Assembly: GCA_903877885.1 (NCBI GenBank) | Contig: CAIRFN010000006.1 | Coordinates: 3,342 to 67,341 of the forward strand | DNA: 64,000 nucleotides | DNA from: an uncultured Candidatus Berkelbacteria bacterium | Lineage (GTDB): Bacteria > Patescibacteriota > UBA1384 > UBA12157 | Direction of reading: 5' to 3' | Shown: piece by piece, positions 19,886 through 28,717 of the stretch | How positions within the stretch are numbered: the stretch's first letter is position 1 | How the letters are laid out: each line of letters starts with the position of its first letter | Notes under the pieces: model-generated | The model's input: the letters and a program-made list of their open reading frames with translations, nothing else | The model's database searches: none | Told to the model about the DNA's origin: nothing | Position numbers and translations under genes: made by a program

Positions 19886-20638
19886 ATGCGCTATTCTCAC
19901 ATTTTACACAAAAGTCGGGGTAAGCATACTCTTTTTAACTGGCAATCAATTTTGACTGTTTTTTTGATTTTAGCGGTTTTTACAACCGTAGTATCGTTAT
20001 CAGGAACGATTCATTTAGATAAAATCGCTTTTGTCGGCGGTCTGATTGCTAGTTTAAGCCGGGTTGTCATCGCCTATATGATTGCTTTTGTTTTGGCGAT
20101 TCTTATCGCTCTAATTGTTGTTTCCAATAAAACCGTCGAAGCCTTACTACTACCAGTCTTTGATGTTTTACAGAGTTTCCCAAGTTTTATTTTGTTTCCG
20201 GTTTTAGTTGTGGCTTTAAATAATCAGCCAAACACGGTGATTGTTTTTGTGCTAGTCATCACCATGATTTGGCCTTTGCTGTTTGCGATTATCTCTGGCA
20301 TTAAAGGGCGTCGAAATGATTTGGAAGAGGCGGCAACAGTCTTTGGCGCGGTGGGATTAAAAAGATTTTATGAATTTACTTTGCCAATGTTAATGCCATC
20401 GATTATTACCGGTTCGATTGTAAGTTGGGGCGAAGGTTGGGAATTTATCATTGGTGCAGAACTTTTGGTTCATACTAATTTTGGTGTTGGCCAATATTTA
20501 GGATTTCTGGCTGACTCCAAACAAAATCAACCTTTAGTCTTTGGGATTATTTTACTTTTATTCTTCTTATTCATCTTAAATAAATTAATCTGGTTACCGC
20601 TTTTACATGCCAGCACAGAATATCAGGCGGACGCATGA
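19886..20638 (+). CDS. ABC transporter permease (binding-protein-dependent, NitT/TauT-like)
   Basis: Six TM helices and an EAA-like loop; start at ATG 19886 just after the spoVS terminator. Confidence 0.7.
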   Translation: MRYSHILHKSRGKHTLFNWQSILTVFLILAVFTTVVSLSGTIHLDKIAFVGGLIASLSRVVIAYMIAFVLAILIALIVVSNKTVEALLLPVFDVLQSFPSFILFPVLVVALNNQPNTVIVFVLVITMIWPLLFAIISGIKGRRNDLEEAATVFGAVGLKRFYEFTLPMLMPSIITGSIVSWGEGWEFIIGAELLVHTNFGVGQYLGFLADSKQNQPLVFGIILLLFFLFILNKLIWLPLLHASTEYQADA

Positions 20639-21354
20639 GTATAATTGTTACTTTGGAAAAAGCCAATAAATATTTTGATGATAATTCGGTTTTGCGCGAT
20701 GTTAATTTTGACATTGAAAAAGGTGAATTTCTGTCGCTGGTTGGTCCATCAGGTTGCGGTAAATCCACGTTACTGCGTGTGCTTTTAGGTTTCGAAAAAC
20801 TCGATCATGGTAAAATGACAATCGAACCAAACCTTAAAAAAACTTTAGTTTTTCAAAATTTTGCCCTTTTTCCATGGTTAACCGTGTTTGAAAATATTAG
20901 TTTTGGTCTTAAAATGCAAGGTATGCCAAAGGTAGATATTGATAGAAAAGTCACCGATATTTTGCATGAATTAGATCTTCATGGCGCCCAAAATTTACAT
21001 CCGAAAGAATTGTCTGGTGGTATGAAACAAAGAGTTGGTTTGGGCCGCGCTTTGGTCATGGATCCAGATATTTTATTTTTAGATGAACCGTTTAGTGCGG
21101 TGGACGCTTTTACGGCTAGGGATTTACGCCAAAAACTTTTGGAAATTTGGGAAAAACGTAAAATTACGGTTGTGATGGTAACACATCTAATCGAAGAAGC
21201 AATTGAGCTTTCTGACCGAGTGATTGTAATGTCTAGTGATAAAAATCAAGATTCGATTGTAGAAATCTATACTAATAAATTAGCTCGTCCTCGTGACAAT
21301 CGTTCAAAAGAATTTTTTAACGAAGTTGATTTTTTGGAAACTAAAATTAAATAA
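20635..21354 (+). CDS. ABC transporter ATP-binding protein
   Basis: Walker A GPSGCGKST, ABC signature LSGGMKQR, Walker B ILFLDEP. Confidence 0.85.
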   Translation: MSIIVTLEKANKYFDDNSVLRDVNFDIEKGEFLSLVGPSGCGKSTLLRVLLGFEKLDHGKMTIEPNLKKTLVFQNFALFPWLTVFENISFGLKMQGMPKVDIDRKVTDILHELDLHGAQNLHPKELSGGMKQRVGLGRALVMDPDILFLDEPFSAVDAFTARDLRQKLLEIWEKRKITVVMVTHLIEEAIELSDRVIVMSSDKNQDSIVEIYTNKLARPRDNRSKEFFNEVDFLETKIK

Positions 21355-21365
21355 CAGGAACTATT

Positions 21366-22874
21366 ATGCCTTTAGCCAAAGTTAACTCGGCAGCCGTAAT
21401 TGGATTGGATGCTTCGCCAGTTGAAGTGGAAGTGGATATTTCAAACGGTCTGCCGTCTTTTAGTATTGTGGGACTGCCGGACAAAGCGATTGAAGAATCG
21501 AAAGAGCGAGTTCGCTCGGCGATTAAAAATTCTGGAGCAAATTTTCCAATGAGCCGAATTACAGTTAATTTAGCGCCAGCCGATATTAAAAAAGAAGGTC
21601 CAGCTTATGATTTGGCTATTGCCTTAGGAATACTTGTTGCTGATGGCCAAATTCCAGATATCAGCGAAGATATTTTATTGGTTGGCGAACTGGCTTTGAA
21701 TGGTCGACTTCGACACATCAACGGCATTTTACCGATTGCCATTAGTTTAAATAAGAAGTACTCACAAATCATTTTACCAAAAATCAATGCCGAAGAGGCG
21801 AGTCTGGTTGAAGATATGAATATTTTACCAGCCGAAACTTTGAAAGATTTAATTTATTATTTTAAAAAAGAAAAAATTCTACCCTTTTATACCAAGAAAA
21901 TCACAATCAAAGAAAGAGACGATTACGAGTTTGATTTTGCTTTCATTAAAGGTCAGGAACAAGCTAAACGGGCCTTGGAAATTGCCGCTTCGGGCGGCCA
22001 CAATTTGATTTTTTGTGGGCCGCCCGGATCTGGTAAAACCTTACTGGCTCGAACTATTCCCTCAATTTTACCCAAACTAACCAAAGAAGAAATTTTGGAA
22101 GTGACGAAAATTTATTCTGTTGCCGGACTCTTATCAAACGATTTGCCAATTATCTATGAACGGCCGTTTCGTGCACCGCACCATACCACTTCCAGTGTTG
22201 CCTTGGTTGGTGGCGGCGCCTATCCGCGGCCGGGTGAAATTACTTTAAGTCATCGTGGCGTCTTGTTTATGGATGAATTTGCCGAATTTCCTCGTTCAGT
22301 CTTGGAAGCTTTGCGTCAACCCTTGGAAGACGGCGTGATTACAGTCAGTCGTGCACAAGGTTCAATTACTTATCCAGCCAAATTTATTTTAGTGGCAGCG
22401 CAAAACCCGTGTCCTTGTGGCTATTTGGGGGATTTGAAAAAGCATTGTATTTGTACGCCAGTTCAAATTTTACGTTATCAAAAACGTGTTTCTGGGCCAC
22501 TCCTTGATCGAATCGATATTCATATTGAAGTTCCTCGAGTCGATTACGAAAAGCTTTCTTCGAATGAAATTGCCGAAAGTTCCAAAAAGGTTAGAGAACG
22601 AGTCGAATCTGCCAGGTTAATTCAACTTAAAAGATTTGGTAAGACTAATTCGGAAATGTCGCCGCGAGAAATTAAAAAATATTGCGCGCTCGCGCCTGAC
22701 GTTCAAGAGATTTTAAAATTGGCTATGGCTCAATATGATTTGTCGGCTCGTCAATATACGCGGATTTTGAAAGTCGCTCGAACAATTGCTGATTTGGCTG
22801 AATCAGAAAATATCGAAAAAGAGCACTTAATGGAAGCGATTCATTATCGAGCCAAAGAAAAAAGCACTTATTGA
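21366..22874 (+). CDS. comM: YifB/ComM family Mg-chelatase-like AAA+ ATPase
   Basis: N-terminal Lon-like domain (AAVIGLDASPVEVEVDISNGLPSFSIVGLPD), Walker A GPPGSGKT; 502 aa. Confidence 0.9.
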   Translation: MPLAKVNSAAVIGLDASPVEVEVDISNGLPSFSIVGLPDKAIEESKERVRSAIKNSGANFPMSRITVNLAPADIKKEGPAYDLAIALGILVADGQIPDISEDILLVGELALNGRLRHINGILPIAISLNKKYSQIILPKINAEEASLVEDMNILPAETLKDLIYYFKKEKILPFYTKKITIKERDDYEFDFAFIKGQEQAKRALEIAASGGHNLIFCGPPGSGKTLLARTIPSILPKLTKEEILEVTKIYSVAGLLSNDLPIIYERPFRAPHHTTSSVALVGGGAYPRPGEITLSHRGVLFMDEFAEFPRSVLEALRQPLEDGVITVSRAQGSITYPAKFILVAAQNPCPCGYLGDLKKHCICTPVQILRYQKRVSGPLLDRIDIHIEVPRVDYEKLSSNEIAESSKKVRERVESARLIQLKRFGKTNSEMSPREIKKYCALAPDVQEILKLAMAQYDLSARQYTRILKVARTIADLAESENIEKEHLMEAIHYRAKEKSTY

Positions 22875-22881
22875 ATATGTT

Positions 22882-22920
22882 AAACCATATATCCCACCTC
22901 CAGGGTGGGCTATATGGTTA
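22882..22920. repeat. REP-like palindrome TAACCATATATCCCACC-TCCA-GGGTGGGCTATATGGTTA, a member of the window's REP family
   Basis: Near-perfect 17-bp inverted arms. Lies between the convergent comM and small minus-strand ORF, so may act as a bidirectional terminator. Confidence 0.7.
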
Positions 22921-23095
22921 CAAAAAAACCGGCTGCTAAGAGACCGGCCAGGACAGTGAGCACCTGGATAACATTAGTGGCGAAATTTTCGACCTTAGAA
23001 ACATCAGGCGCATCGGCCAGCGCCGGACTGATTGAAGCGAACACTACGAGAAGTGTACCGCCCAAATAAACAATGAGGGATCGGAAAAGACTCAT
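22910..23095 (-). CDS. Small secreted/membrane protein (signal peptide then hydrophobic C-terminus; possibly pilin-like)
   Basis: 61 aa: MSLFRSLIVYLGGTLLVVFASISPALA | DAPDV...VLTVLAGLLAAGFFVTI. Confidence 0.35.
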   Translation of the reverse strand: MSLFRSLIVYLGGTLLVVFASISPALADAPDVSKVENFATNVIQVLTVLAGLLAAGFFVTI

Positions 23096-23358
23096 ACAAA
23101 TCCTTTCTTCCCTCCAAGTTAAAATATATTTTATCTACAAAATAATTTTAATCCAAACTCATCTATTAATTATGGCATATCAGAGTAAGCGCTTTCTTGT
23201 CAATAGGGCGTCGACAGATTAAGTATGATAATTTCATATTTCAAACCTTATAAAATTGATAACGGGATATCCGTAAGGGCGTTAGAATATATTTTATGGG
23301 CAATTTAGATTTTGTAAATATTCCTGAATTAAAACCAATAATTTGATATAATTACTTT

Positions 23359-24129
23359 ATGGAACTAATTAGAGTTAATACAAAAGAAATTTTTACAAAA
23401 ACCAATTTGCCTGGGGCCGATTATGTAATTAACCAATATGTCGGTTGTGAACACAATTGTGCTTATTGTTATGCCAAATTTATGTCTCGCTGGAAAAAAC
23501 ATGGTCAGTGGGGCACGTGGGTCGAAGCCAAAATGAACGCTCCAGAGTTAGTAAAAAATAAAACTGTTTCTGGCTGGGTGTTTATGAGTTCCGTCTCAGA
23601 CGCCTATCAACCAATCGAGAAAGATCTTAAATTAACTAGACATGTATTAGAAAACCTAGACAAAAGAATAAAACTCTCTATTTTAACAAAATCAGACTTA
23701 GTTTTAAGAGATATTGATCTACTTAAACAATTTAAAGATTCGGAAATCGGTCTCACAATTAATACTTTTGTCGGTAAAGAAAAAGATATTTTTGAACCTA
23801 ATTCACCTTCAAATCAAAAAAGAATTGAAGCTCTTAAGATTCTTAAAGAAAACGGTTTAAAAACTTATGCTTTTATTAGCCCGTTAATACCTGGCTTGAT
23901 TGATCTGGAAAAACTAATAGATGAAACTCGAGAATTTGTAGATTATTATTGGTTAGAAGTGTTGAATTTAAGAGGAGCTGGCAAAGAATTTTCCAATATT
24001 TTAGAAACAGACTATCCGAAAAGTTTTCGAATACTAAAAAAACCTGACTTGTTCAATCAATTTATAAATGAGTTAAAAATCATTTGTAAGAAAAAAGGAA
24101 TCAAAGTCAGAGGATTCGAGGAGCACTAG
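23359..24129 (+). CDS. Radical SAM protein, SplB/DNA-photolyase-like (COG1533-type)
   Basis: GCEHNCAYCYA (CxxxCxxC radical-SAM cluster motif) near the N-terminus; 256 aa. Confidence 0.65.
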   Translation: MELIRVNTKEIFTKTNLPGADYVINQYVGCEHNCAYCYAKFMSRWKKHGQWGTWVEAKMNAPELVKNKTVSGWVFMSSVSDAYQPIEKDLKLTRHVLENLDKRIKLSILTKSDLVLRDIDLLKQFKDSEIGLTINTFVGKEKDIFEPNSPSNQKRIEALKILKENGLKTYAFISPLIPGLIDLEKLIDETREFVDYYWLEVLNLRGAGKEFSNILETDYPKSFRILKKPDLFNQFINELKIICKKKGIKVRGFEEH

Positions 24130-24593
24130 CTCATTTTAGCTTCCCACTCTTTTATAATATCCAAGCATTCGTTCTCAAAATCACCGATATATTCAAGCTC
24201 TATTTGACGATTATTTTTACTATTTATTTCACTGTTTACATTAAAACCTTCATAGAAATTTTTTCCAATCATTTCTTCAGTTCTTTTGCAACCATAAACA
24301 ATCTTCGAAATATTAGCCCAATTTGCCACTGAAAAACACATCAAACACGGTTCTAACGCAGCATACAATATACAACCGGACAAATCTGTTGTCCCAAGTT
24401 TTTTACATGCTTTCCGAATAGCGGAAGTTTCCGAATGTTCCGTTGGATCATTTAATTGTCTGCCAAGACTAATTCCTTCAGAGATTATTTCGCCATCTTT
24501 TACGACCACGGCACCAGCTGGAAATCCGCCTTGCTCAAATGAAATTTTTGCTTGCTTGATTGCTTCTTTAAGAAATATTTTATTTTGTTCCAT
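24126..24593 (-). CDS. CMP/dCMP-type nucleoside deaminase (TadA-like)
   Basis: HSE...PCLMC zinc-binding deaminase motifs; 155 aa. Confidence 0.75.
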   Translation of the reverse strand: MEQNKIFLKEAIKQAKISFEQGGFPAGAVVVKDGEIISEGISLGRQLNDPTEHSETSAIRKACKKLGTTDLSGCILYAALEPCLMCFSVANWANISKIVYGCKRTEEMIGKNFYEGFNVNSEINSKNNRQIELEYIGDFENECLDIIKEWEAKMS

Positions 24594-24901
24594 ACTTAAA
24601 TATTAAACTATTTTGAAATTTAAAAATAGGCCCGAACTATTTGCAAACCTAATTACTTTGTGATAAGCCTAACTTATATGAGGAGGGGCAATTTTATTTT
24701 CAAGAGGTTGAATACCCCGTCAGCTTGCTGCGGGGATGAAAACCTATGAAAACAAACTTTTCCGCAGGAATACCGCTTTACCTAAAGGCGTCAGCTTGTT
24801 GCGAGGTAGTTTATGGCAGGGAGAATTTATGGAATCCTTCCAAAAAATCAATTTAATTGCCGCCCTGAAGTTCTCGCCCCAACTGACAGATCTGTTTAAT
24901 T

Positions 24902-24942
24902 TAACCTTATATAGCCCACCCTGGAGGTGGGCTGTGGTATAA
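24902..24942. repeat. REP-like palindrome, inverted orientation (…AGCCCACC-CTGGA-GGTGGGCT…)
   Basis: Loop CTGGA is the reverse complement of the TCCAG loop in the downstream copy. Confidence 0.65.
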
Positions 24943-24949
24943 TAAATAG

Positions 24950-25621
24950 ATGAATACAAGAAAAACACAATTAACCAACGATCAGCATTACCATATTTTT
25001 AATCGAAGTATAGCGAAATTTGTCATTTTTAATAATGATGATGATTATCTTCGAATGAAAGAGATGTTGAATCTATATCGTTTTGCTGATTTTAATTATA
25101 AATACTCTAAATTTATAATTTTGGATGCGAATCATCAGTCAGCAATTATTCATGATATTACTAAGAAAAATGATTTACTGGTCGAGATAGTGGCGTATAG
25201 TTTAATGCCAACGCATATTCATTTGGTTTTAAAACAGGTGGCTGATGGCGGAATTACAAAATTTATGGGCAAAATTTCTAATAGTTATACTCGATATTTT
25301 AATATCAAACATCATCGTAAAGGTCCACTTTGGGAAGATCATTTTAGAAATGTTTTGGTTTCAAGAGATGAACAAATGTTACATCTAACACGTTACATTC
25401 ATTTAAATGCTAGTTCGGCTGGTTTAGTTGAAAATCCTTCTGACTGGCCATATTCTTCTCTAAAAGAATATACCGACCAAGATGATTATGGATTTTGCGA
25501 TTTTAAGGATGTTATTGATATAGTACCGGCAAAATATAAAAAATTTGTTTTAGATTATAAGGATTATCAACGACAAATTTCTTTAATCAAAACCATTCTA
25601 ATTGATGATTATTCAGGATAA
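24950..25621 (+). CDS. REP-associated tyrosine transposase (RAYT; IS200-like Y1 HUH transposase)
   Basis: HUH motif PTHIHLVL and catalytic Tyr region LTRYIHLN; 223 aa; flanked by inverted REP hairpins. Confidence 0.75.
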   Translation: MNTRKTQLTNDQHYHIFNRSIAKFVIFNNDDDYLRMKEMLNLYRFADFNYKYSKFIILDANHQSAIIHDITKKNDLLVEIVAYSLMPTHIHLVLKQVADGGITKFMGKISNSYTRYFNIKHHRKGPLWEDHFRNVLVSRDEQMLHLTRYIHLNASSAGLVENPSDWPYSSLKEYTDQDDYGFCDFKDVIDIVPAKYKKFVLDYKDYQRQISLIKTILIDDYSG

Positions 25622-25624
25622 TCT

Positions 25625-25657
25625 AACCATATATCCCACCTCCAGGGTGGGCTATAA
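25625..25657. repeat. REP-like palindrome (TAACCATATATCCCACC-TCCAG-GGTGGGCTATA)
   Basis: Same sequence as the 22882 copy; immediately follows the RAYT stop codon. Confidence 0.7.
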
Positions 25658-25709
25658 TTTCGGTAGAAATTTCGGCGACTTTAGTCTATATGGTTAAGCA
25701 CTTATTAGT

Positions 25710-26036
25710 CTATTGAATATGAAGAAGTTTAAAGAGGAAATTGCCAAAAGTTAAGAGAACGTGATGTTTCTGATCTAAAATGGCTAGCACCAAAATTGCG
25801 ACAGCCAAAACTGCAACCACAATACCGGTTTTAGCTAAATCAGCTTTAATTTGTTTTAAGTTTTGAATTTCAACAACTGGTTTAGCGATGTTCGCGGCCA
25901 GATTTTTTTTAATCGATTCGCTCGGCTCAAGTTTGGTATTTCCAACCGTTTCAGCTTTATTGCTAGTTTGGGCAATCTGATTTAATACTTGGTTCTTGAT
26001 TTGGCGAACAAATTTAGCTTTGTTTTTCTTTGACAT
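25710..26036 (-). CDS. Hypothetical protein with C-terminal TM helix
   Basis: 108 aa ORF downstream of tRNA-Cys on the minus strand. Confidence 0.3.
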   Translation of the reverse strand: MSKKNKAKFVRQIKNQVLNQIAQTSNKAETVGNTKLEPSESIKKNLAANIAKPVVEIQNLKQIKADLAKTGIVVAVLAVAILVLAILDQKHHVLLTFGNFLFKLLHIQ

Positions 26037-26069
26037 TTGATTCCTTTGGATTCTATTTCAACCAATAAT

Positions 26070-26144
26070 TGGAGGCGTCGCCGGGACTTGCACCCGGGTA
26101 CGCGGTTTTGCAGACCGCTCCCTGAACTGCTCGGGCACGACGCC
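26070..26144 (-). tRNA. tRNA-Cys(GCA), CCA encoded
   Basis: Reverse complement GGCGTCG-TG-CCCG...GCGGT-CTGCAAA-ACCGC...CCGGG-TGCAAGT-CCCGG-CGACGCC-T-CCA folds as a canonical cloverleaf. Confidence 0.8.
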
Positions 26145-26145
26145 A

Positions 26146-26805
26146 TTACTTATAATAATTTTTATATATTAAGTTTTTTCGGTTTAGAAATAGATTATTA
26201 CTTTCTTCATAAATTTTGTCAAGAACTATTTTGGAATCATGAGTATAATATCTTAGTTGATAGCTATCCTTACAAAATAAAACAGGTCTTTTTTTAATTT
26301 GTAAAAATTTCGATAGCTTTTCTGATAAATTTTCCAGGAACAAGGAATTGCCGCAGGTAAAAACAGTTAATAGTAAATTATTTTTTGTTAAAAATACTGA
26401 ACCATCTCCGTCAAAATACCCTCTGACAAAATGCGGAAAAAATAATGTAGGAATTTCAGGAAATTTAAGTGTTAATGATTTTCGTGTTGTGACACCGAGA
26501 TTAATTAGATCATCAAATATTTTATGATCGCCAATTCTTAATAAGTATAAAACTTTCGAGAAATAAGTACTTTTTTTAAAGTTGATTTTAATAGGTTTTC
26601 TTAACTGTAATTTATGACTCGAGTTCAATATTTTTTTAATTTTTAACAATATTTCTTCGTCTTTGCTTGTTATCCTAAGATATTTCCCTCTTAAATATGA
26701 TGCATCTTCCAAACTTCCATCAGCAAAAATATACCCCAATATATAAGCCATTTCTGGAGTCCATTTTTCAAAGAAACTAGAATTAACTTGATATTTAATG
26801 CCCAT
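26146..26805 (-). CDS. LAGLIDADG homing endonuclease, double-motif single-chain
   Basis: Motifs ILGYIFADGSL and VRGYFDGDGSV about 100 aa apart; 219 aa. Sits 1 nt from tRNA-Cys and 6 nt from the upstream tRNA on the same strand. Confidence 0.8.
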   Translation of the reverse strand: MGIKYQVNSSFFEKWTPEMAYILGYIFADGSLEDASYLRGKYLRITSKDEEILLKIKKILNSSHKLQLRKPIKINFKKSTYFSKVLYLLRIGDHKIFDDLINLGVTTRKSLTLKFPEIPTLFFPHFVRGYFDGDGSVFLTKNNLLLTVFTCGNSLFLENLSEKLSKFLQIKKRPVLFCKDSYQLRYYTHDSKIVLDKIYEESNNLFLNRKNLIYKNYYK

Positions 26806-26811
26806 ATTTAT

Positions 26812-26886
26812 TGGAGCGGGTAACGGGAGTCGAACCCGTATCTCATCCTTGGCAAGGACGTATAAGAACCGTTATACGATACCCGC
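26812..26886 (-). tRNA. Putative tRNA-Gly(GCC), CCA encoded, slightly atypical D-arm
   Basis: Reverse complement GCGGGTA...CGTCC-TTGCCAA-GGATG...ACGGG-TTCGACT-CCCGT-TACCCGC-T-CCA: acceptor, anticodon (GCC) and T arms fold well, but the D-arm spacer is irregular. Needs tRNAscan-SE. Confidence 0.5.
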
Positions 26887-26972
26887 GTGCCATATGCAAT
26901 TATCATTTTACACTGTACTTTTATATTATAGCATCTTTACTTCTTCTCGTAAATACATTATATTATTGTCAT

Positions 26973-27188
26973 ATGCAAAATATCTTAAATTATATTCAAA
27001 TTTGTGTCGGTATTCTTCTGATTACCAGCATTTTACTCCAGCATCGTGGTACCGGCCTTGGTGGTGCTTTTGGTGGCGAAGGTAATGTTTACCGCAGCCG
27101 CCGTGGTGCCGAAAAATTTCTCTTTAATGCGACTGTCGCCCTGGCTGTGATTTTTGTTGGCCTGGCAGTTGCTCATATCGTTCTTTAA
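26973..27188 (+). CDS. secG: Preprotein translocase subunit SecG
   Basis: MQNILNYIQICVGILLITSILLQHRGTGLGGAFGG… is the SecG signature (TM helix + GLGGAFGG). Start chosen at ATG 26973, in frame with track ORF 26811; the upstream part of that track ORF overlaps the tRNA. Confidence 0.8.
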   Translation: MQNILNYIQICVGILLITSILLQHRGTGLGGAFGGEGNVYRSRRGAEKFLFNATVALAVIFVGLAVAHIVL

Positions 27189-27204
27189 GTTCTAAGGAAA
27201 CCAA

Positions 27205-28584
27205 ATGCAAAACAAGGATTGGTTTAGTTTTAGTAAAATCAAAAAATACTTTTACCGTCAGACTTGGACTGGGATCAAGACGGTTCATGAACGTTTGACT
27301 CAAATCGATCAAGCGATAATTTTTGTTTTGATTTTGGCAATTTTTGCGTCAGGCTTTTTTATTTGGCGTAATCATTGGATTAAAACTACTTATGAAGTTC
27401 CGGCAAATGGCGGAACTTTGGTTGAGGGAATTGTCGGCGAACCCAAAAATTTGGATCAATATTTAGCCAGATTGACTAGCGCGGGTTTAACTAAACTTCA
27501 GCCAACTGGTGAAGTCAAAGGCGATTTAGCTGAAAGTTGGCAAGTTTCAACAGATAATAAAACATTTGATTTTAAATTGCGTGATGGGGTTAGTTCCCAA
27601 GATCTTTCAAATCAACTTCAAGCATCAAATATTTGGCCAAATATTGAAGTTGCCACCCCAACCGATGATCATATTCAATTTAAATTTAAAGCTCCATTTA
27701 GCCCATTTTTATACACTTCGACTGAACCGGTTTTTAATCTTGGACCATATAAAATCACTAAAGAAGATAAAACTCAAATTACATTGGTGGCGCGTGATGA
27801 TTATTGGCAGGGAAGACCTTATATTGATAAAATTATTGTTCGACTTTATCCGAATGAAGATGCTTTAATTCGGGCCGCTAAAAGTCATCAGATTATGAAT
27901 TACGTTATTGTCGATAAAAACGAGTGGCGAACCAGTAATTCTAATCTATTGGAAATGGCCTTACCAAAGCAATTAGATCTTTTCTTTAATATGAATAATG
28001 CTGATTTGAAAAATAAAGCTTTACGCCAGGCTTTGCGTGATAATAAACCAGCCGACAAGGCATATAAATTTACTTTAGTTACCTCTGACACGACTAAAAA
28101 TATACAGATGGCCGAACAAATTAAAGCTCAATACGCGGCTTTAAAGGTTGATGTTACGATTCAAAAATACAGCAATGTTGTTTTGCAGAAGGATATTATT
28201 CCCAAACGGAGTTACGATATACTACTCTATGGTTTGGATTACGGTCCTGATCCTGATCCGTATCCATTTTGGCATTCGTCGCAAATTGCTTCAACTAAAA
28301 ATCCGACCGGGATGAATTTATCAAATTATTATAATAAATCAGCTGACCGGTTGCTCGAAGATGCACGTCAAACTTTTGATTTTAAGGTGCGCGAAGATAA
28401 ATATAATCAATTTAATAAGATTTTAGATGATGATGTACCATATATAAAATTGTTACAAGAGTCGATGGATTATGTGGTTAGCCCCAATGTAAAAGGTTTG
28501 GATAAGATTTTTGGCTTTAGTGAAACCGACCGATTCTTAAATGTGAACCAGTGGTATTTAAAGACAAAGAGAATTAAAAAATGA
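27205..28584 (+). CDS. Extracellular solute-binding protein, family 5 (OppA/DppA-like), membrane-anchored
   Basis: N-terminal TM anchor; 459 aa with periplasmic SBP_bac_5-like organisation. Assigned by overall similarity, weakly. Confidence 0.5.
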   Translation: MQNKDWFSFSKIKKYFYRQTWTGIKTVHERLTQIDQAIIFVLILAIFASGFFIWRNHWIKTTYEVPANGGTLVEGIVGEPKNLDQYLARLTSAGLTKLQPTGEVKGDLAESWQVSTDNKTFDFKLRDGVSSQDLSNQLQASNIWPNIEVATPTDDHIQFKFKAPFSPFLYTSTEPVFNLGPYKITKEDKTQITLVARDDYWQGRPYIDKIIVRLYPNEDALIRAAKSHQIMNYVIVDKNEWRTSNSNLLEMALPKQLDLFFNMNNADLKNKALRQALRDNKPADKAYKFTLVTSDTTKNIQMAEQIKAQYAALKVDVTIQKYSNVVLQKDIIPKRSYDILLYGLDYGPDPDPYPFWHSSQIASTKNPTGMNLSNYYNKSADRLLEDARQTFDFKVREDKYNQFNKILDDDVPYIKLLQESMDYVVSPNVKGLDKIFGFSETDRFLNVNQWYLKTKRIKK

Positions 28585-28631
28585 CATCGTAATGTCATCC
28601 TGAGCCGCTATCCGGCGAAGGATCTTAATTT

Positions 28632-28717
28632 GCCCGAGTGGTGAAACGGTATACACGCATGCTTCAGGTGCATGTGATCGCAAGGTCGTGGAGGTTCAAC
28701 TCCTCTCTCGGGCACCA
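28632..28717 (+). tRNA. tRNA-Leu(CAG), type II, CCA encoded
   Basis: GCCCGAG...CATGC-TTCAGGT-GCATG, long variable arm, GGAGG-TTCAACT-CCTCT, CTCGGGC-A-CCA. Confidence 0.8.

Noticed and set aside
26037-27085. Track ORFs 26037..26297(+) and 26798..27085(+) and the N-terminal part of 26811..27188(+)
   Set aside because: They run across tRNA-Cys and tRNA-Gly sequences on the opposite strand. Only the SecG portion (from ATG 26973) is credible.
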